Source: an uncultured bacterium (GTDB taxonomy: Bacteria; Chloroflexota; UBA5177; JANWHV01). Taken from it: a stretch of 64,000 nt of DNA. Positions 48,985 to 61,200 of this stretch are shown here, piece after piece. The translations under genes and the position numbers were made by a program. Below the pieces are notes generated by a model that was given only the letters and a program-made list of their open reading frames with translations, made no database searches and was not told where the DNA came from. Location of the stretch: contig CAVSOU010000015.1 of assembly GCA_963729625.1 (NCBI GenBank), positions 1 through 64,000 on the forward strand, in the 5' to 3' direction. Positions within the stretch are counted from its first letter, which is position 1; each line of letters opens with the position of its first letter.

Positions 48985-50238
48985 CTACCATGTGTCCCGC
49001 TTGGCCGGCGCCCTCGCGATGAGCGCCAATAGCATGCTGCCCAGCGCGGTACAGCACGCCGCCAGGCCAAACGCCCAGGTCATGCCGGCGGTGGACAGCA
49101 CGTAGGCACCGAGCAAGGGCGCACTTGCTATCGCGCAGTTGGCCACCATGCTGTAGATCGCCAGGTACTGCGTCTGCTGCCGCTCAGGAGTCACCTCCAG
49201 CAGGGACTGCAAGACCCCCATGCCAAGCACGGCGCCCAGGCCACCCTGCGCCAGGGCGACCGGAATATAGGCTACCAGACTGGCGGCATGACTGGCACCG
49301 AGCGGCACCAGTGTAAACAGCGCACAGATTGCCACCAGCAGCGGCCGGCTGCCGAAGCGCGCGGTACCGCGCGCCCAGAGCAGTGACAGCAGCACCCCGC
49401 ACACCCCACCTCCCGTGCCGAGCGCGCCGATCCAGGCATTCGGGGCGTGCAGCCGGTCGACCAGTACCAGCGGGTAGAGAGCTGCCGGCACGTAGATGCC
49501 CAGCAGCAGCACTACAGCGCCGGCAAGGAACCGCCAGAATGGCGCTCGCCAGGGCAACCGTCCCGCCGTTTCGGCCGTATCTCGGCGGGCGGCGCCCGGG
49601 GGCGGCACTTCGGCCGGGATGCCTTCATTGAGCGCGGGAATCTTCAGCCGGGATATCAGCCATGTGCTTACTTGCACACAGATGAACGCCACGCCGAAGA
49701 CGACAGAGAAGTTCCCTGGAAACGGCATCAGCTCGAGCATCCAGCCGGCAACGAGCACGGCGAGCGTGCTTGTCAGACCCGCGAGGGTGCCACGAAGGCC
49801 AATCACCCGGCCACGGATGTCCTGCGGCAAGACCTTGGCAAAAAGCGGCACGAACGCGGTATTGAAATAGGCCAGGGCCACGGACAGCAACCCAACGGCG
49901 GACACCAACACCGCGACCCGCGCGTGGGCCGGCAATACGGGGACCAGTGCCACCACGGCGAAGAGCAGGCGATAGACAGCGAGCGGCACCACGATTACCG
50001 GTTTGCCCCAGTGGCGCTTGACCAACCGCGCAGCGGGCAGCGGGAAGATGATCCCGGCCAGGGCCGGGCCGGTGGTCAGCAGGCCGATTTCGGCCGGCGA
50101 GGCGCCAAGGCGCAGAGCGAAGATGGAAAGGAAACTGACAAACACGCCCCCTGCCGCGCCGGCCCATGCCACCTCAGCGCACAATAGCCGCGCGTTGTGA
50201 CGCGTAGTCTCGTTGGCTGGCGCAGCCGCGTCTGACAT
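48985..50238 (-). CDS. MFS transporter
   Basis: About 12 TM segments. LGAS..EIGL and P..IRGRV.G patterns. Confidence 0.88.
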   Translation of the reverse strand: MSDAAAPANETTRHNARLLCAEVAWAGAAGGVFVSFLSIFALRLGASPAEIGLLTTGPALAGIIFPLPAARLVKRHWGKPVIVVPLAVYRLLFAVVALVPVLPAHARVAVLVSAVGLLSVALAYFNTAFVPLFAKVLPQDIRGRVIGLRGTLAGLTSTLAVLVAGWMLELMPFPGNFSVVFGVAFICVQVSTWLISRLKIPALNEGIPAEVPPPGAARRDTAETAGRLPWRAPFWRFLAGAVVLLLGIYVPAALYPLVLVDRLHAPNAWIGALGTGGGVCGVLLSLLWARGTARFGSRPLLVAICALFTLVPLGASHAASLVAYIPVALAQGGLGAVLGMGVLQSLLEVTPERQQTQYLAIYSMVANCAIASAPLLGAYVLSTAGMTWAFGLAACCTALGSMLLALIARAPAKRDTW

Positions 50239-50938
50239 GGGTCTCCAGCCCGTTGGAGGGCAACTGAACGTGCCAAGGTTCGCCCGAGAATGCGGGGCCT
50301 TCCGAGAAGCACTCCTGCGAGGTCGTGCTCGACAACTACTCGGTGCACTCCGGCGCAGTGACTAGCAGGGCAGAGCCAGGGCTGGCCACGGCAGGCGCCC
50401 CAGCTTGTTCCCGCCGCCGTATCGAACGAGGCTTCGTCGTTACGCCTATCGTACAGCTTGGTAGTACGTGGTGATCAGTCGCTTGCCAACGTATGCGCCA
50501 GCCTAATCCAGTGGCACCCTCGCTTTCCCACGCATGCGCGCCTGCACTACGCGCGTTGCACCGGCCTTGCGAGCTGCGCCGACTCTTGCTCGAAGCGACA
50601 CCGTGCCGCCAGTACCAGCCGCAACATCACACTGGCCAATGCCTTCGCCCTCAAACATGGCGGCAATGAACACCTTGTGCTCAGCAGTACGGCAGACGCA
50701 ACGTTGCGCTCGTCTTGTCTCGGCGCGCCTTCTTGGGCGCCGTCAACGCCAGCGTACGGCAATACCAATGTTCAGAGGCGGCAGGACCATGCGACGGTTT
50801 GCACCGGCCTCGTCGGAGACACGGCCGGCAGAGCTCGTGAAAACAAACGGGCTGTACGGGAGGAGACGGCCAAGTATCATAGGAGCGAGTGACCAGTTCA
50901 ATCCGGGAGCCGGAGCCCCGTTGAAGCGATGAGGGAGA

Positions 50939-52634
50939 GTGGCTGTGCAGCAGTGGTGGAAAAGCAGCGTCGTGTACCAGATCTATCCCGCGGAGCTTCA
51001 AGGACAGCAATGGCGACGGTATCGGCGATCTGCCCGGCATCACCGAAAAGCTGGACTACCTTCAGGATCTCGGGGTCGATGTCGTCTGGCTATCGCCGGT
51101 CTACAAATCGCCCAACGACGACAATGGCTACGACATCAGCGATTATCAGGCGATCATGGACGAGTTCGGGACCCTGGCCGACTGGGAGGAACTCATCGCC
51201 GGGATGCACGAGCGTGGTATCAAGCTGGTGATGGACCTCGTGGTCAACCATACCTCCGATGAGCATCCCTGGTTCGTCGAAGCGCGCAAGTCGAAGGACA
51301 ATCCGTACCGCGACTACTATATCTGGCGCCCCGGTCGCAATGGGCGCGAGCCCAACAACTGGCGCTCCCACTTCGGCGGGTCAACGTGGGCCTACGACGA
51401 GAGGACCGGCGAGTATTATCTTCACCTCTTCTCCCGCAGGCAGCCGGACTTGAACTGGGAGAACCCGCGGGTGCGACAAGCGGTGTACACAATCATGCGC
51501 TGGTGGCTGCAGAAAGGCGTCGACGGCTTTCGCATGGACGTGATCACGATGCTTTCGAAGGTCCCGGGATTACCGGACGCACCGGTGGTCAACTCGGATC
51601 GCTATCAGCCGGCAGGCTCGTGCTACATCCACGGGCCCCGCCTCATGGAATTCCTTCACGAGATGAAGGAGGAAGCGCTTTCGCCATACGATACGCTGAC
51701 TGTCGGCGAGGCAGCCGAGGCGACCACGGCGCAGGCGGTGGAGTTGACCAGTGCAGGGACTGGGCCGCTCAACATGGTCTTCCACTTCGAGCACATGGGG
51801 CTCGACCGCGATGCCACGGGTCCGGCACCGTGGAGCTGGCGACACTGGGATCTGCTCGAGCTGAAGACGCGTGATGACACGCTGGCAGGAGGATCTGTAC
51901 GACAGGGGGTGGAACAGCCAATACCTGTCCAATCACGACCAGCCGCGCCAGGTCTCGCGATTTGGCGACGATGGCCGCTTTCGTGAGCCGTCAGCCAAGA
52001 TGCTCGGCACGTTTCTGCACCTGCTGCAGGGCACACCGTACATCTATCAGGGCGAAGAGATCGGCATGACCAATGTAGCGTTCCCTTCAATCGAGGATTA
52101 TCGCGATATCGCGACCCGTAACGAGTATCGCGAGATGGTTGAAGATCAGGGGGCTGGATCGGCAGGCGGCCATGGATCTGGTGCATCGCCGAAGCCGGGA
52201 CAACGCCCGCACGCCAATGCAGTGGGACGCCAGCGCGAACGCCGGCTTTACGACCGGCACGCCATGGATCGGGCTCAACCCGAATTACCGGGAGATCAAT
52301 GTCGCGCAGGCCATCGCGGACCCCGACTCAATCTATCACTACTACCAGCAGCTGATTCGGCTTGCGCAAGAGCGATCCGGTGATCGTGTCCGGCCGCTAC
52401 CGCCTCATTCTCGCCGATGACACGGCGATCTATGCCTTCACCCGCACTCTCGACGACGACTGTCTGCTCGTGATCCTGAACTTCACCGCCAGCACGCCGG
52501 TCTTCCTGCTTCCGCCGGACCTTCCGGCAGGCGGTGCGGAGCTGCTGATCTCCAACTATCCGGTTGCTCGTGAAACGGACATTCAACGGCTGGGGCTTCG
52601 GCCTTATGAGGCTCGCGTCTATCGACTGCGGTAG
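50939..52634 (+). CDS. malL: Oligo-1,6-glucosidase / alpha-glucosidase (GH13); about four frameshifts
   Basis: WWK..VYQIYP, DLVVNHTSD, DGFRMDV, NHDQPR, YQGEEIGM and RDNARTPMQW motifs spread across frames. Shifts near 50987, 51870, 52150 and 52365. Confidence 0.88.
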
Positions 52635-52762
52635 CTGCGCGTCCAGGGCGGACTTGGACGTCCTCATACGACGCCGCCGGACCTCGTGGCCTTCACGAGG
52701 TTTCGAACCAGCCCGTACCGCGGACGCTTGCTCGAGAAGCGGGCGCCGCCGTACCCTGTAGG

Positions 52763-53219
52763 TCAGGCTACGACCGCGAGCCGATCCAGGGCCTCACGCC
52801 ACCGGCGCGATATCTCGGGAAGAATCGCGATTGCCATTTCCGGGTGCGACTCCAGCTCAACTCGGAAGTGCCACTTGTACAGCGTCAGGCACACCGTATC
52901 TTCGAGCGCGACAACAGTTGCCGTGCGCGGGCGATCGTCCAGGAGAGCCATTTCGCCAAAGAATTGTCCCGCCACGAGCTCGTCGAGCACGAGCGGCTCC
53001 CGGCCCAGTCGCTCTCGCCGCACCTCCACGCGCCCAGACACGATAATGCTCAGGTGGGTGCCCTCCTCACCCTGCCTGATGAATGACGTCCCCGGCCTGA
53101 TACTGGCTCGTGCCAGTGCATTTCGCAAGGTAGCTGCGATGACTTTCGTTCAGGCTGCGGAAGAGATCAACCTCCGAGATCAACGCCATCACGTCCACGG
53201 GTATTGCCTTTCCATCCAT
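52763..53219 (-). CDS. Stand-alone cyclic-nucleotide-binding protein; frameshift near 53083
   Basis: LFRSL N-terminus from the ATG at 53219 joins IRQGEEG...FFGEMALLD..PRTATV. Confidence 0.82.
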
Positions 53220-53693
53220 TCCGCGCCTCGGTGGAGTTCACACCGGCAGCATCGTAAGGACGCCAACGCGCACGACTGCCACCGACTGCGGCCTCCGGTG
53301 GCAGGCCGCGACAGCTCACTGATCAGTACGATACCTGTCGGCCGTCTTGAGCACAAATGCGACGCTGGAGTTGCATCTGGTGTGCCTGCTTGGTGCCCGT
53401 ATTTAGCGCCTTCTTATCGAAGCAGGTACAGTCTTAGTAGGACGCAGCGCGTCCGGCGGTGTCGGGGTCTACGAAGACATCGGACCTCCGGCTCCTCCAC
53501 TGAGGATGCCGGTCGAGTCGTGTTTTGGGCGCGGGTTTCCATCGCTTTTGACGCTCGACAGGCTTCGGCACGACAGCGGATGAGTGGCGCTGGACCCGGG
53601 TATTGGCTTCCGGAGTGCAGGCGTGGGTGCAGAGAGATCGTGATGAATCAAAAGCGTGCGTGGGGTGTGTTCCGCGGACCCGGTCAGAAACCG

Positions 53694-54128
53694 ATGAGCA
53701 CCGAGACGCTGTTGTCTCAAGTCAGCCTGTTTCGGAGCCTTGACCAAAAGCAGCTCGCTCAGCTCGCCAAGCGCATGGAGACGCGCCACTACGAAGAGGG
53801 CCAGGTAGTCCTGGCGGAAGATGAGCCGGGCGACGCACTGTATCTCGTCGTGTCCGGTCTGCTGCATCTCGAGAAGGCGCGACCGGGCCGGGAGCCAGTG
53901 CGCTTCGGTACGCTGGCGCCGGGCCAATTCTTCTGCGAGATGGCTCTGCTCGAGGACTCTCCACGCCTGGCCACAATCAAGGCGGCCGAAGCCACTACCT
54001 GCCTGGCCCTGCGGAAAGATGCGTTTCAGGACGAGCTTGCAGCGCACCCGGCGATCGCCGTCGCGGTCGTCTTCGAGGTGTCGCGCCGCTTGCGTGACAC
54101 TCTGGATGTGCTCGACGCCAACGGATAG
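53694..54128 (+). CDS. Stand-alone cyclic-nucleotide-binding protein
   Basis: LFRSL, PGDALYLV.SG, and FFCEMALLE..PRLATI. Paralog of the divergent gene. Confidence 0.85.
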   Translation: MSTETLLSQVSLFRSLDQKQLAQLAKRMETRHYEEGQVVLAEDEPGDALYLVVSGLLHLEKARPGREPVRFGTLAPGQFFCEMALLEDSPRLATIKAAEATTCLALRKDAFQDELAAHPAIAVAVVFEVSRRLRDTLDVLDANG

Positions 54129-54240
54129 AAGCTGCCTTTTGTCGGCGCCGCCCTCCTGCGTCGTGCTGGCAGGTGGAGCGGCCTGCAGCGGGGCCCGGGT
54201 ACCACGATGGTAGCTAACCCGAACGCTTAACAACACGGAT

Positions 54241-57200
54241 GTGCTGAGGGCGCTTGCCGCATTCATGCCAATCGACCGGCGGCACGCACTGGCACGGGGT
54301 ACGACGTTGCCCGCTCTTGCCACGGGCGCGGCGCTCTTTGCCGATATCTCCGGCTTCACTCCGTTGACCGAGTCCCTGCTGCGTGCGCTCGGGCCCCAGC
54401 GCGGCGCGGAGGAGCTTACTCACTTCCTGAACAGGGTCTACGATGCGCTCATCGCCGAACTGTATCACTACGGCGGCAGTGTGATCGGTTTCAGCGGCGA
54501 CGCTATCACCTGCTGGCTCGACGGGGACGATGGTCGGCGAGCAGTCGCCTGCGGTCTGGCTATGCAACGCGCCATGGCCCAGTTCGCCGCGACAGCAACG
54601 CCAAGCGGCGACTCGGTTTCCCTCGCGGTCAAGGTAGCGGCCGCCGCTGGCTCCGTCCGCAGGTTCGTGGTCGGAGATCCTGCCATCCAGCTTATTGACG
54701 TGGTGGCGGGACGGACTCTCGAACATCTCGCCGCGGCAGAGCACCTGGCGCAGAAGGGCGAAGTGGTCGTGCATGATGCCACCGCGGCTGCGCTGGACGG
54801 TGTACTGCGTTCCGCGGAATGGAGAGCCGATGAAGCGCACGGTGATCGGGTCGCCGTCGTTGCATCGCTTACCGTCGCAGTGGACCAAAACCCGTGGCCG
54901 ATCCTCCCGCCCGACGCCCTGCAAGAGGATATCGTCCGCCAGTGGGTGCTCCCGGCGGTGTACCAACGCGTGCGTACTGGCAGCGGCGAGTTTCTCGCCG
55001 AGCTGCGGCCCGCCGTCGCCCTGTTCCTGCGCTTTGGCGGCTTGGACTTCGAGCACGACGAGGCGGTGACCGGGAAGCTCGACGCCTATCTTCGCTGGGT
55101 ACAGGGCATCCTCGCCCACTTCGAGGGCACACTGGTGCAGCTCACCATTGGCGATAAGGGGAGCTACCTGTACGCGGCATTTGGCGCGCCGATAGCACAC
55201 GAGGACGACGCCGTACGCGCCGTCTCTGCCGCCTTCGCATTACGATCCCCGCCCGACACATTCGCCTACATAGGCGTGCCGCAGATCGGCATCAGCCGCG
55301 GGAGCATGCGCGCCGGCGCGTACGGCGCCCACGACGGCCGCACGTATGGCGTGCTTGGCGACGAGACGAACATGGCGGCGCGACTCATGCAAGCCGCACA
55401 TCCCGGCCAGATTCTGGTCAGCGAAACCGCGCATCCGGCTGCTGCCGGTGTGGCGCAGTGGGAGCGCCTGCCACCGATGCGCGTGAAAGGCAAGTCCAAC
55501 CCGGTCACCGCCTACGCGGCCCTGGCCCCGATGGACCATCGAACCCTGCGGCTTCACGAACCCCGCTACACACTGCCCATGGTCGGCCGCGAGTCCGAGC
55601 TCGGAGTAATCGCGCAGCGGCTGGCACTGGCGCGCCGGGGCCGCGGTCAGGTTGTCGGTATTTCGGCAGAAGCGGGCATGGGCAAGTCCCGCCTCGTCGC
55701 GGAGGCTATTCGACTTGCGCAGGAGCAGGGCGTCGTCGCGTATGGAGGCGAGTGCCAGTCATACGGCAGTACCGCCAGCTACCTCGTCTGGCAGGACATT
55801 TGGCGCGGGCTCTTCGCGCTGGAGGAAGGTTGGACGGTCGAACAGCAGATCCAAACGCTGGAAACCACGCTGGCCCGTATCGATCCGGCGCTCGTGCCAC
55901 GCGTGCCGCTGCTCGGCACCGTGCTCAACCTCTCCATCCCCGACACCGATCTCACCCGATCCTTCGACGCAAAACTGCGCAAGAGCTCGCTGGAGGCCCT
56001 GCTGGTCGACTGCATGCGGGCACGGGCCGCGCAGGCCCCGCTGCTGCTCGTGCTTGAGGACTGCCACTGGATTGATGCGCTGTCCGAGGATCTGGTGGAG
56101 GCGCTGGGCCGCGCCGCCGCAAACCTGCCGGTGCTGCTAGTCCAGTCATACCGGCCGCGCGACATCCGGAGCCTGTCCGGGCATCGCATGGAGGTGCTGA
56201 AGCACTTCACCGAGATCAAGCTCAGCTATTTCAGCGCGCAGGAGGCCGCGCAGTTGATCCAGCTGAAGCTCGAGCAGCTGAGCGGAGCGCGCTTGGGCGT
56301 GCCTGCGGAGGTGATCGAGCGCATCACGGCGCGTGCCGACGGCAACCCTTTCTACATCGAGGAGCTGATCAACTACATCCGTGATCGCGACATCGATCCG
56401 CTGGATACGGCAGCGATGGCGCACATGGATCTGCCGACCAGCCTACACAGCTTGATCCTCAGCCGTATCGACCGGCTCGGCGAGCGAGAGAAGGTCGTGC
56501 TCAAGGTGGCGAGCGTCCTGGGCCGGCGCGTGCAGGCGGATTGGCTATCGGGGGCATACGGGCAACTTGGAGATCTCCAGGGGTACGAGCCTGTCTCGAT
56601 TCCCTCAGCACCGTCGATCTGCTGCCGCTGGATCAGCCGGAGCCGGACCTCGTGTACATCTTCAAGCACGTCGTTACCCAGGAAGTCGCATACCAGAGCC
56701 TGCCCTTCGCGCTGCGCGCCACCCTGCACGCGCAGTTGGGAGGTTTCATCGAGAATACCTATGGCGATACGCTCGACCAGTACGTCAGCCTGCTGGCCTT
56801 CCATTATGAGCGGACAGACGATGTGGCCAAGAAGTGCCATTACTTGATGCGAGCGGGCGAGCTAGCTCAGGCGGCCTATGCCAACGGTGCAGCCATCGAC
56901 TACTACCTGCGGCTGCTCCCGTTGCTGTCCGGCGGGGCACGCGGGCCCGTCATGTTCAGGCTCGGCCAGGTGTTGGATCTCATGGGCGACTGGGGCAAGG
57001 CAGACGACCTGTATCGGCAAGCGCTTGACCTGGCCGTACAGCACGATGACCGGCATGGCCAGGCAGCCGGCCTGAGGGCACTGGGCTGGCTCAGAAGGAA
57101 ACAGGGAGCATACGGCGATGCGGCATCTTACCTGGCCCAGGCGCGCGAGGCTTTCGAGCAAATGGACGATCTCGCGTCCGTGAGCCAGGTGATGACCGAC

Positions 57201-58145
57201 ACAGGCGAAGTCGCGCGGCAGTTGGGCGCCTTTGCCGAGGCCAGATCGTGGTATGAGCGAAGCCTCCGCCTTGCGGAATCCCTGGGCGAGCGTGAACAGT
57301 CTCTGCGGGCACAGGCGCAGGCACTGAAGGGCGCCGGGACACTGGCGAACCAGCAGGGCGATCGTTCGACGGCCCGCGCGCTGTACGAGCGGAGCCTGGA
57401 AATATACACGGAGGTTGGCGATCGGCCTGCGGTAGCGGTGCTCCTGAACAACGTGGGGGTCGCAATCCGTCACGCGGGAGAGTATGACGCTGCCCGAGCC
57501 ATGACCGAAGAGAGCCTGGCCGTCTTCCGGGAGATCGGCGATCGCTGGTCCATGGGGCAACTGCTGAACAACCTGGGCTGCGTGGCTGGCGACATGGGAG
57601 ACTATCCTGCCGCGCGGCGATTGCTGGAAGCGAGCCTCGACATCCGGCGCCAGATCGGAGATAGAAGCGGCCTGGCGCTCTCGCTCAACAGCCTTGGCGA
57701 CGTGCTGTTGGACGAGGGCGACCACGCGGCAGCGCGTCCGGCCCTTGTCGAGAGCTTGCGGATCAACTGGGACCTGGGCGACCGGGCCGCTGTCGCCTAT
57801 CTGCTCAATGACTTCGCGGCGCTGGCTGCCGCCGAAGGGCGGGTGGAGCGCGCTATCCAGCTGGCAGGCGCCGCGGTCGCGGCGCACGAGGCGACCGGCG
57901 CTGCGGTCTCACATGCCGAGCGAGAGCGGTTCGATCGATTGCTGCTGCCGGCTCGGCAGGCCCTGGCAGCGCCTCGTGTCGCGGCACTGGCTGCCGCGGG
58001 GCGCGCCCTGAAAATGGATGAGGCCGTGGCCTACGCGCTTGGAGTCGAGCCCGCCGACAAGCTCGGACCGAAAAGTGATGACGACGCTCCACACATTGAC
58101 GAGCCTTCATTCGCGGTCAACCCGGGCGATCGGCGCGCAGTGTAG
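54241..58145 (+). CDS. Class III adenylate cyclase (tandem domains) - STAND AAA ATPase - TPR protein; frameshift near 56582
   Basis: ADISGFT, FSGDA, GDKG, GD.TN.AARLM, Walker A AGMGKSRL, Walker B LVLEDCHW, GNP.YIEE, FKH, and repeated LNNLG TPR motifs. Confidence 0.92.
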
Positions 58146-58255
58146 CACAAGCGGCTTGTCAGCCGCCCCACGAGTACGCCACAGGGTCCGTACCAATCAT
58201 GGAACCTCCGTGTGAACGCGGATGGCAGGATATTTGCCGGAGGCAGTTCTTCACT

Positions 58256-61200
58256 TCAGGCGACGGTCAGCGTGGCGCTGCTCGTCGCCGTGTGGCTGCT
58301 GCCATCCTTCGCCGTCAATGTGAGCATATACGTGCCCCGTGGGAAGGACTTCGTAATCGGGAAGCTTACACTCTGGCTGACGGTCTGCCCCGCCTTCAGG
58401 CTGAATGAGAGCGGAAGGTTGACGGTCAGGCTGCCATTGCTCCCTGTGTAGACCAGCTTGGCATTCACACTTACGGTCTGGGTCGACGCAGTGTGGTTGC
58501 CGAGCGTGAAACTGGCAGTTACCGTCGAACCGGTGGTGACCGGGCCGCTAGAGCTGCTTGTCACCACCATCGCCAGATACAACGGCGGGTAAATGATGGT
58601 CAGCGTGCCGGTCACGTAGGTCGGGCTGTAATCGGCATCGTTCAGGGTACAGGAGGTCGGGTAGCTGCCGACCGGACTGTTGGATGTGGCAGTTGTGGTG
58701 CAGGCGGCCTTTGCCTGCTCGGACGTGGAGCTATCGCCATTCACGAGGCCCGTGAAACTGGCAGTGATGGCCGGAACCGTGCCGCCGTAGGTCATGCTGG
58801 GGCTGCTCGCGGTGATCGTGAGCGAGGCCGGCATAACGGTGAGTTTTCCCGTCCCGTAGCTGATACTGTAGTTGGGATCGGACGCCCCAGAACAGCTGGT
58901 CGTGTAGCTATTGACCGGACTGCTGGGGCTCACGCCGATGCAGGTCGGTGGGGTTGCCGGGGCGGCATTGCCGTTCACCAGGCCATTGTAGATGGGGCTG
59001 ATGGCCGGCTCCGGGCCACCGTACGTCATGCTGGCGCTGCTGGCCGTGATGAGCAGCGATGCCGGGGTGACGGAGAGCGTGCCCGCTGCATAGCTGATGC
59101 TGTAGTTGGCGTCGGCCGCGCCCATGCAACTGGTCGCGTAGCTGCCGACCGTGTATTTGTTTGGCGTGGTGGTGACGGCACAGGTTGGCATGGTGGTCAG
59201 GGTAGAGGGGCCGTCGCCGTTGACGAAGCCGCTATAGCTGGGTGTGATAACCGGCACCGTGCCGCCATAGGCCATTGTGGGGCTGCCGGCCGTGATGGTC
59301 AGGCCTGCCGGGGTGATAGTTAGGGTCGCCGTGCCAGGCGCGCTGCTGCCGAGGTAATTCGGATCCGGAGAGCTCATACCGAAAGCAGCGGTCACGCCGT
59401 ACGTACCGGCGGGAAGGGACAGACCGGCAAGCGCCGCGTTGCCGCCGGCGTCCGTGATCGCGACCTTCTGGCTCACACTCGCACCGGTGATGGAGGTGAT
59501 AGTGAAATACACCGACTTCTGGGCCAGACCGGTTCCGTTCGCCTGAAGCGTCGCCACGATCCCGGTGGACTGGCTGGAGCCGTATGTGGTGCTCGCCGAG
59601 GCCGGGGCCAGGGTAAGCATCGTCGACGCAGGGTCGATTTTGAACGTGCCGACGCTCGACGAGACGGCGTCGTATGCAGTGCTGCCTACGGTCGCCCCCT
59701 CGTATGAAGCCCAGAGATCGTAAGTGCCGGGTGACTGGCCGAGCGGCATTGTAACCGAGGTCTGGCCGACCGGCAGCGTGACGGTGGCATGGCCGCTGTC
59801 GTTGGTCTCGGCGATTGCTTCCTCACTGCCAATATGTACGCCCACAGCCTGGTCCGGAATGCCCACGCCGCCCGAGTGCAGGCTCACCGTGAACTGGGCA
59901 GACGATTGATAGGCCCCGCTCGCCGGCGGCGACTGCAGCGTGAGTGTCGGGGTGACCTGGTTGGGCGCGCTGTCGGGAGCGACGGTAAAGTAGGCGCCGT
60001 TGTTGGTGTCAAGGCTGACCAGGCCAGTCGCGTTTGCCGCCTGAACCATATACACCGTACTGTAGGACAGGCCGGGGGCTGTGCCGGTCCAGAGTGATGG
60101 GTCGCCAGGACTGGGCGTCAAATCGAGCGACGTCCACTCGGTCGCGGCGGCGCCGCTGCTGCCGGGATCGTTGTACGTGACCCACACATCCTGCAGATCC
60201 TCCTGCGTGCTGCCCGGCAACAGGTTGTTCTGCACCCGTACCTGGAATGTCACGGTCTTGTTCGTTGCATCTTCGGTGCTCGCCGCCCCGATGATGTTCG
60301 GCGCCGAGTCGAGCGCGGCGCCCGTACCAATTTGACTGACCAGCTCACTATTGCCGAGGTAGTACAGACGGAACTTCAGGTCGGTGAACTGCCGCATCGT
60401 CCCCGACGTAGCGCCGGGTGAGGAAGACTTGTATTGCGCGGGCGCCACCGCCAGGCTCGTGAGCCCGCGGTTGAGCCCATCCACCGTATCGAAATAGTTG
60501 GCGCTCCAGACTTGCGTCGGGTAGAACACGTCGGAGAAGAAGGCCGGGTGGCCGACCGAGGTCTCGGTGCTCGGCGCCCCGGTGAGCGGCGTCACACCGG
60601 GGAGGTCCGTGTAGCTTCCGCCCCGGAACCCGATGCCCCGCAGCACCTGGTCGGACACCGTGGCATTGTAGAGCTGAAGCGGGAAGACCGGGTCGAGTGG
60701 ATGGGTCACAACGCCACTGGCACCACTGAGCCAGCTCGCCGTCTCCGGGTTGCCGCCGCTCGCATCGGTGAGCGTCACGGTATTCGTCGTCGTCGTGGGA
60801 GTAACCTCGATTTCGGGCGAACCGGCTGCCGTCTGTCCGACGGCAAGCCCGAGGGCCGCACCCGGCCCCGCCGTGACGGTCGGCGCCGAACTGACTATCG
60901 AGTCGGACGTGGGCGGCGTACGCTGGCCCGGCATCTTCACCTGCAGCATGGGCAGCCCGTACAGGGTCGTCTCCAGCAGCGTCTTCTCGTCGATGCCGCC
61001 AAGGTCGACGTGCGTGTTCAGGTACTCTTGCTTGGCCGCCACGTTTGCCACCCCGATCGGCACCCCGCCCGTGCCCGTGCGCAACTGCTGGGCGACGTCG
61101 ACGAAAAGGCGCTCACCGTACTCGGTCAACACGGTGTCGCCGTACGCGTAACCCGTTGCCGCCAGCAGTGTCGCGCCCTTCTGTGCCATCGCCTCCGGCC

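Noticed and set aside
50458-50932. ORFs between the MFS and GH13 genes
   Set aside because: No RBS, motif or coding-like composition; treated as a divergent intergenic region.
52686-53693. Long N-terminal extension of the 480-aa ORF
   Set aside because: It is antisense to a real cNMP gene plus intergenic DNA. Homology begins at 53694.
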